Shown here one piece after another: positions 59,400 to 64,000 of a stretch of DNA of 64,000 bases (its first letter is position 1; each line of letters begins with the position of its first letter). The stretch lies in contig CAYXNV010000002.1 in the NCBI GenBank assembly GCA_964466835.1, positions 3,779 to 67,778 on the forward strand, read 5' to 3'. The translations under genes were made by a program, and so were the position numbers. This stretch comes from an uncultured Gammaproteobacteria bacterium (lineage in GTDB: Bacteria; Patescibacteriota; Patescibacteriia; Patescibacteriales; UBA12465). The notes under the pieces are model-generated. The model was not told the DNA's origin. It searched no databases and saw only the letters and a list, made by a program, of their open reading frames with translations.

Positions 59400-60779
59400 A
59401 TGACTAAAATTTCAATAAAATCACTATACCGAGATACAGATAAGTATCTCAATAAAACTATTACCGTGGCTGGTTGGATAAGAACAGTTCGAAGCTCTAA
59501 AGAGTTCGGATTCATTGAGTTAAATGATGGCTCCTTTTTCAAGGGTGTTCAAGTTGTTTTTGATAATAAATTAAAGAATTTTTCTGAGATTGAGAAAACT
59601 AATATTGGTTCTTCTATCACCGCTACTGGCAAATTAATTAAATCTCCTGGCGAAGGTCAGTCATTTGAATTGAAAGCAGATGAAATTGAAGTGGTTAGTT
59701 TAGCTGAGGTTGATTTTCCTCTCCAGAAAAAAAGGCATAGTTTTGAATTTCTCCGGACAATTGCTCATCTAAGAGGACGAAGTAATACCTTTTCCGCTGT
59801 TTTTCGTCTCCGATCAGTTCTTAGTTGTGCTATTCATGATTTTTTCAAAGAAGAAGGCTTTGTTTATATCCATACCCCAATTGTCTCTACTAGTGACTGT
59901 GAAGGAGCAGGAGAAATGTTTCAAGTAACAACTTTATTAGGTAAAACAGATAAAGATAAAATTGATTATAGTAAAGATTTTTTTGGTAAACGAACCGGAT
60001 TAACCGTTAGTGGTCAATTAAATGCTGAAGCCTTGATTATGGGTTTAGACAAGGTCTATACTTTTGGTCCCACTTTTAGAGCCGAGAATTCTAACACCAC
60101 TCGTCATGCTTCTGAGTTTTGGATGATGGAACCAGAAATGGCTTGGGCTGATCTTAATGACAACATGGACTTGGCTGAGAAAATGTTAAAGTATTTAATT
60201 AAATATGTTCTCAAAGAATTACCAGAAGAAATGGAATTCTTTAATAAATTTATTGACAAAGGAATATTAGATCGTCTCAATAATATTCTTGAGTCTGAAT
60301 TTGTAAGAATTGATTATAGTGAAGCAATAGATATTTTAGAAAAATCAGGTCAGAAATTTGAATATCCAGTTAAATGGGGGATTGATCTCCAGACTGAGCA
60401 TGAACGATATCTGACTGACCAAGTTTATAAGAAACCTGTTTTTGTGATCAATTATCCTAAAGATATCAAAGCTTTCTACATGAGACTTAATGATGATGAT
60501 AAAACAGTAGCGGCTATGGATCTATTAGTACCAGGAGTGGGAGAGATTATTGGTGGTAGCCAGAGGGAAGAGAGGTTAGAAATATTGGAAAAAAGAATGA
60601 AAGAAGCAGGGTTGGAAGTTGAAGATTATCAATGGTATTTAGATCTGCGGAAATATGGCTCAGTTAAACATGCTGGCTTTGGCTTAGGTTTTGAACGCCT
60701 AATCATGTATATTTCTGGCATGGCTAATATCCGTGATGTTATTCCTTTTCCTCGCACCCCTAAAAACGCTGAGTTTTAA
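59400..60779 (+). CDS. asnS: Asparaginyl-tRNA synthetase
   Basis: [40 protein letters not shown]. Confidence 0.95.
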   Translation: MTKISIKSLYRDTDKYLNKTITVAGWIRTVRSSKEFGFIELNDGSFFKGVQVVFDNKLKNFSEIEKTNIGSSITATGKLIKSPGEGQSFELKADEIEVVSLAEVDFPLQKKRHSFEFLRTIAHLRGRSNTFSAVFRLRSVLSCAIHDFFKEEGFVYIHTPIVSTSDCEGAGEMFQVTTLLGKTDKDKIDYSKDFFGKRTGLTVSGQLNAEALIMGLDKVYTFGPTFRAENSNTTRHASEFWMMEPEMAWADLNDNMDLAEKMLKYLIKYVLKELPEEMEFFNKFIDKGILDRLNNILESEFVRIDYSEAIDILEKSGQKFEYPVKWGIDLQTEHERYLTDQVYKKPVFVINYPKDIKAFYMRLNDDDKTVAAMDLLVPGVGEIIGGSQREERLEILEKRMKEAGLEVEDYQWYLDLRKYGSVKHAGFGLGFERLIMYISGMANIRDVIPFPRTPKNAEF

Positions 60780-60799
60780 TTATAATAAATTATAATAAT

Positions 60800-61711
60800 A
60801 TGAAAAATGAACACAATGCTAAATATGCATTTTATTATCTTTTTTCTTTGGTGGCTTTAATATTTATGACCCTATCAGTGGGGATGATTGTTTTTAGTAT
60901 TATTGATCGAACAATTACTGATGTTTTAAGTGATTACTATAACAATAATAATGCTCAACTTAGATTTGCTATATCTGCTCTATTAATTTCCGCGCCAATT
61001 TTCTACATAACTTCTAACTTTATCCAAAGAGGTTTGCGCAAGGAAGAGCTAACAAAAGATTCAGGGGTGCGACGCTGGTTAACTTATTTCATTATTTTAG
61101 TTTCCGCCATTGTTATCCTTGGCGTTTTTATTGGTGTAATTAATAATTTTCTTTCTGGTGAATTAACTAGTCGTTTTGTTTTTAAATCATTAACAGTCTT
61201 TATTATTGCCGCCGCAGTCTTTTCTTTCTATTTATATAATATCAAGAAAGAGGTTGTGATTAAGAAGGACGGAATAACAAAAATATTTTTGATTGTTTCT
61301 CTAATTTTAGTTTCTGCTGCCTTTATTGCCGCTTGGTTTTTTGTGGAATCACCTCGAGCAGCTCGTGATGCTCGCCTTGATCAAACAGTGGTTAATAATA
61401 TCTATCGTTTAGAAAGCGCAGTCAATAGTTATTATGGTAAATATCATAAATTACCTGATAATCTAGAGATGATTTGGAGTGAAGGTAATTTAATTTTAAC
61501 TGAAGAAGCTCTAATCAACCCAGTAACTAGGTTAGAAATTGAGTATAAAAAAATAGATGAAAATAGTTTTGAATTTTGTACCGAATTTAAAACTAACAAC
61601 AAGGATGATATTGATGATAGGTATAGTCCAATTTCAATGATAGAAGATAAGAGGCATGAGGCTGGCTATCAATGTTTAGCTGGTAATCTATGGAATAGAG
61701 TTAATAAATAA
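60800..61711 (+). CDS. Membrane protein, DUF5671-like
   Basis: Five TM segments, RRWLTY motif, soluble C-terminal domain with a Cys pair. Confidence 0.6.
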   Translation: MKNEHNAKYAFYYLFSLVALIFMTLSVGMIVFSIIDRTITDVLSDYYNNNNAQLRFAISALLISAPIFYITSNFIQRGLRKEELTKDSGVRRWLTYFIILVSAIVILGVFIGVINNFLSGELTSRFVFKSLTVFIIAAAVFSFYLYNIKKEVVIKKDGITKIFLIVSLILVSAAFIAAWFFVESPRAARDARLDQTVVNNIYRLESAVNSYYGKYHKLPDNLEMIWSEGNLILTEEALINPVTRLEIEYKKIDENSFEFCTEFKTNNKDDIDDRYSPISMIEDKRHEAGYQCLAGNLWNRVNK

Positions 61712-61713
61712 TT

Positions 61714-62433
61714 ATGTTAGAATTTACTACGGAAAAATTTTCTGGACCCCTGGGGCTACTTCTAAATTTAATTGAACAAGAAGAAATGGATATTACCGAA
61801 GTTACCTTGGCTAAAATTGCTGATCAATATATAGAATATATAAAGTCAGTGAATGATATTAACCCCGAAGAGATGGCTGACTTCCTTTTGGTCGCTTCTA
61901 AGCTGTTATTTGCTAAATCTAAGGCTCTTTTGCCCTATTTATATACTGGCGATGAAGATGATGAGATTGATGACTTAGAAAGGCAATTAAGGATGTATAA
62001 AGAGTTTGTCATGGCTAGTAAAGGGATAAAAGAAACTATTTTAAAGAAGAAGTTCATGTTTCTGCCTCCTTTAACTAAGAGTCGTCGTAGCCAATTTAAT
62101 CTGCCTGTTTTTACTGAACCAACTAACCTAACAACTGATATTCTAAAAAAAGAGTTTCTCAAGCTATTAACCAATTTAGAAAAGAGAATTGAACCAAAAT
62201 TACCAGAAGAAAAGTTAGAACCAAAAGTTAATATTGAAGAAAAAATTAGTTTAATAAAGAAAATGTTATTAGATAAAATTAAAGTTAGTTTTTCCAAGTT
62301 TGTGGAAACTGCTAAAAGTCGAACAGAGATTGTAGTTAGTTTTCTAGCAATTCTAGAACTAGCCAAGCAACATGAATTAGTTTTTGAGCAAGAAGGACTT
62401 TTTAGTGAAATCCACCTAACACGCAATTCATAA
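61714..62433 (+). CDS. scpA: Segregation and condensation protein A
   Basis: FSGPLGLLL, ADFLLVASKL, VVSFLAILEL. Confidence 0.93.
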   Translation: MLEFTTEKFSGPLGLLLNLIEQEEMDITEVTLAKIADQYIEYIKSVNDINPEEMADFLLVASKLLFAKSKALLPYLYTGDEDDEIDDLERQLRMYKEFVMASKGIKETILKKKFMFLPPLTKSRRSQFNLPVFTEPTNLTTDILKKEFLKLLTNLEKRIEPKLPEEKLEPKVNIEEKISLIKKMLLDKIKVSFSKFVETAKSRTEIVVSFLAILELAKQHELVFEQEGLFSEIHLTRNS

Positions 62434-62434
62434 T

Positions 62435-62989
62435 ATGTCTTTACAATCACAATTAGAATCATTACTATTTGTCGCAATTAAACCTTTATCAGTTAAAGAT
62501 TTAGCTAGCTTAACTAAGTCTAAAGCCAAAGAAGTTGAAGAAGCTTTAAAACAATTAATGATTGATTATCAAGAGAGGGATAGTGGTTTGGCTTTGATTA
62601 AAAATAATAGTCAATATCAACTTACCACCGTAGCTGATAATTCAGCTTTAGTGCAGGAATTTTTAAAAGATGAAACCAGTGGGGAATTAACTCAACCCAG
62701 TCTTGAAGCCCTGACCATTATTGCCTATCGTGGACCTGTTTCTAAATTAGAATTGGAAAGAATTCGGGGAATAAATTGTAGTTTAATCATCCGTAATTTA
62801 TTAATACGTGGCCTAATTGAAGAGAAGTTTGATAAAACAAAAAATGAATATTATTATACGGTTACCCATAACTTTATTCGTTTTTTGGGAATAAATGATA
62901 TTTCTGAATTAACTGATTATGAAAAATTAAATAAATTAGAAACAATTGGGCAAGCACTGGAAAATGGTGACACTAATTTAGTTGAATAA
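62435..62989 (+). CDS. scpB: Segregation and condensation protein B
   Basis: LESLLFV, SLEALTIIAYRGP, RIRGIN. Confidence 0.93.
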   Translation: MSLQSQLESLLFVAIKPLSVKDLASLTKSKAKEVEEALKQLMIDYQERDSGLALIKNNSQYQLTTVADNSALVQEFLKDETSGELTQPSLEALTIIAYRGPVSKLELERIRGINCSLIIRNLLIRGLIEEKFDKTKNEYYYTVTHNFIRFLGINDISELTDYEKLNKLETIGQALENGDTNLVE

Positions 62990-62993
62990 TAAA

Positions 62994-63863
62994 ATGATTT
63001 GGACTTTAATTGCCAATTTAATATCCGCCCTATTGTTTATGCAATTTGATGTCGTAGCTGTTAATCCTAGTTCAGAACTTATCTCTTGGCGGGAAAATGT
63101 AGTGCCAATAGAGCTATCAGCTGAAAGGGGAACAGTATTGGCTGATCAAGATAGAGTTTTCCTATATTCTAAACAAGCTGATGAACCTCAGCCAATTGCT
63201 AGCATCACCAAGTTAATGACCGCTTTAGTGTTTTTAGATAATAATCCTGGCTGGGAAAAAGTTTATAAAATCACCCCAGAAGATCAAGTTAATGGTGGTC
63301 GTTTACATTTATTCTTAGGTGAGAAGGTAAAGGTAAAGGATTTATTCCATGTTGCTCTAATTGCTTCTGATAATGGCGCTACTACCGCTTTAGTTCATTC
63401 AACCGATCTAACCAAGGAAGAGTTTGTTAAAGAAATGAATGAAAAGGCTAAAGCCCTAGGTTTAAGTCAAACTCAGTTTGTTGATCCCACTGGTTTGAGT
63501 GATGACAATATTTCTACTGCTCGTGAAGTTGCTTGGTTGGCTCGAACTGCTTTGAAACAAGCAGATATAAAAGAAATAATTAATAAAAAAGATTATACTT
63601 TCAAAACGATAAATGGTCGAGAAAAAAGAGTTGAATCTACCGATTATCTTTTATTTGATTCAGCTAAAAATTCCTTCCAAGTAATTGGTGGAAAAACCGG
63701 TTACACTGATGGAGCTGGTTATTGCTTTGTGGGACGTTTTCAGAATGAAGACGGTCGAGAATTAATTTCAGTAGTTCTAAACAGTGATGGTCTTAACGAG
63801 CGTTTTCGGGAAAGCAAAAGACTGATAAATTGGTCTTTGAATAGTTATAATTGGAAGGATTAA
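62994..63863 (+). CDS. D-alanyl-D-alanine carboxypeptidase/endopeptidase (peptidase S11)
   Basis: ASITKLMT (SxxK), SDN, GKTGYT; N-terminal hydrophobic segment; ATG at 62994 preferred. Confidence 0.92.
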   Translation: MIWTLIANLISALLFMQFDVVAVNPSSELISWRENVVPIELSAERGTVLADQDRVFLYSKQADEPQPIASITKLMTALVFLDNNPGWEKVYKITPEDQVNGGRLHLFLGEKVKVKDLFHVALIASDNGATTALVHSTDLTKEEFVKEMNEKAKALGLSQTQFVDPTGLSDDNISTAREVAWLARTALKQADIKEIINKKDYTFKTINGREKRVESTDYLLFDSAKNSFQVIGGKTGYTDGAGYCFVGRFQNEDGRELISVVLNSDGLNERFRESKRLINWSLNSYNWKD

Positions 63864-63882
63864 TATTAAGAAGAATTAAACT

Positions 63883-64000
63883 ATGCCTATTAATGATTGG
63901 TATTTCAAGTTTCGCAATTTTTTATCAAAAAAGTTCCCTAAAATATATAATTTTTGTAACCGCCGTAAAGCTATTATTAAATTTTTTATTGCTGGTAGCA
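63883..64000 (+). CDS. Probable GtrA-family membrane protein (3' partial)
   Basis: MPINDWYF...IIKFFIAGS runs off the window end; KFFIAG resembles the GtrA N-terminal motif. Confidence 0.45.
   Translation, partial: MPINDWYFKFRNFLSKKFPKIYNFCNRRKAIIKFFIAGS

Noticed and set aside
2802-62477. Many short antisense or alternate-frame ORFs in the track (e.g. 2802-3059, 6694-6942, 29433-29696, 31391-31729, 42756-43124, 61935-62477)
   Set aside because: They overlap well-supported genes and are shadow ORFs, often Phe/Ser-rich mirrors of K/E-rich coding sequence
1-64000. Alternative genetic code (UGA=Gly, as in Gracilibacteria/Absconditabacteria)
   Set aside because: Conserved genes are full length under code 11, and RF2 (SPF motif) is present

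Overview
AT-rich bacterial chromosome segment, almost certainly from a Patescibacteria/CPR genome (Parcubacteria-like, inferred from missing uL30, RpoA without alpha-CTD, short AlaRS, no Shine-Dalgarno motifs and an S8/FG-GAP protease). It holds mreBCD plus a second mreB, sugar-nucleotide and glycosyltransferase genes, mraY-ftsW-murG-murC, murB, alaS, a detached infA/alpha operon, prfB, comEC, the str-S10-spc cluster, map, an RuvX/YqgF gene, recO, an archaeal-type aspS next to asnS, scpAB and a D,D-carboxypeptidase. I saw no rRNA, tRNA, CRISPR array, transposase or integrase. The main finding is seven unrelated orphan genes scattered among core genes that share one expression architecture: a near-consensus sigma70 promoter with a 17-bp spacer, a 36-52 nt stretch containing a boxA-like motif (and in 5 of 7 an ACCAA motif 12-15 nt before the ATG), and a downstream intrinsic terminator. 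Several neighbouring core genes look leaderless instead. Other notable items are a structured RNA upstream of tuf, an attenuator-like rpsJ-rplC spacer, a degenerate PilB-like ATPase and Lys/Glu-rich tails on ribosomal proteins. All calls come from reading the sequence; no searches were run.
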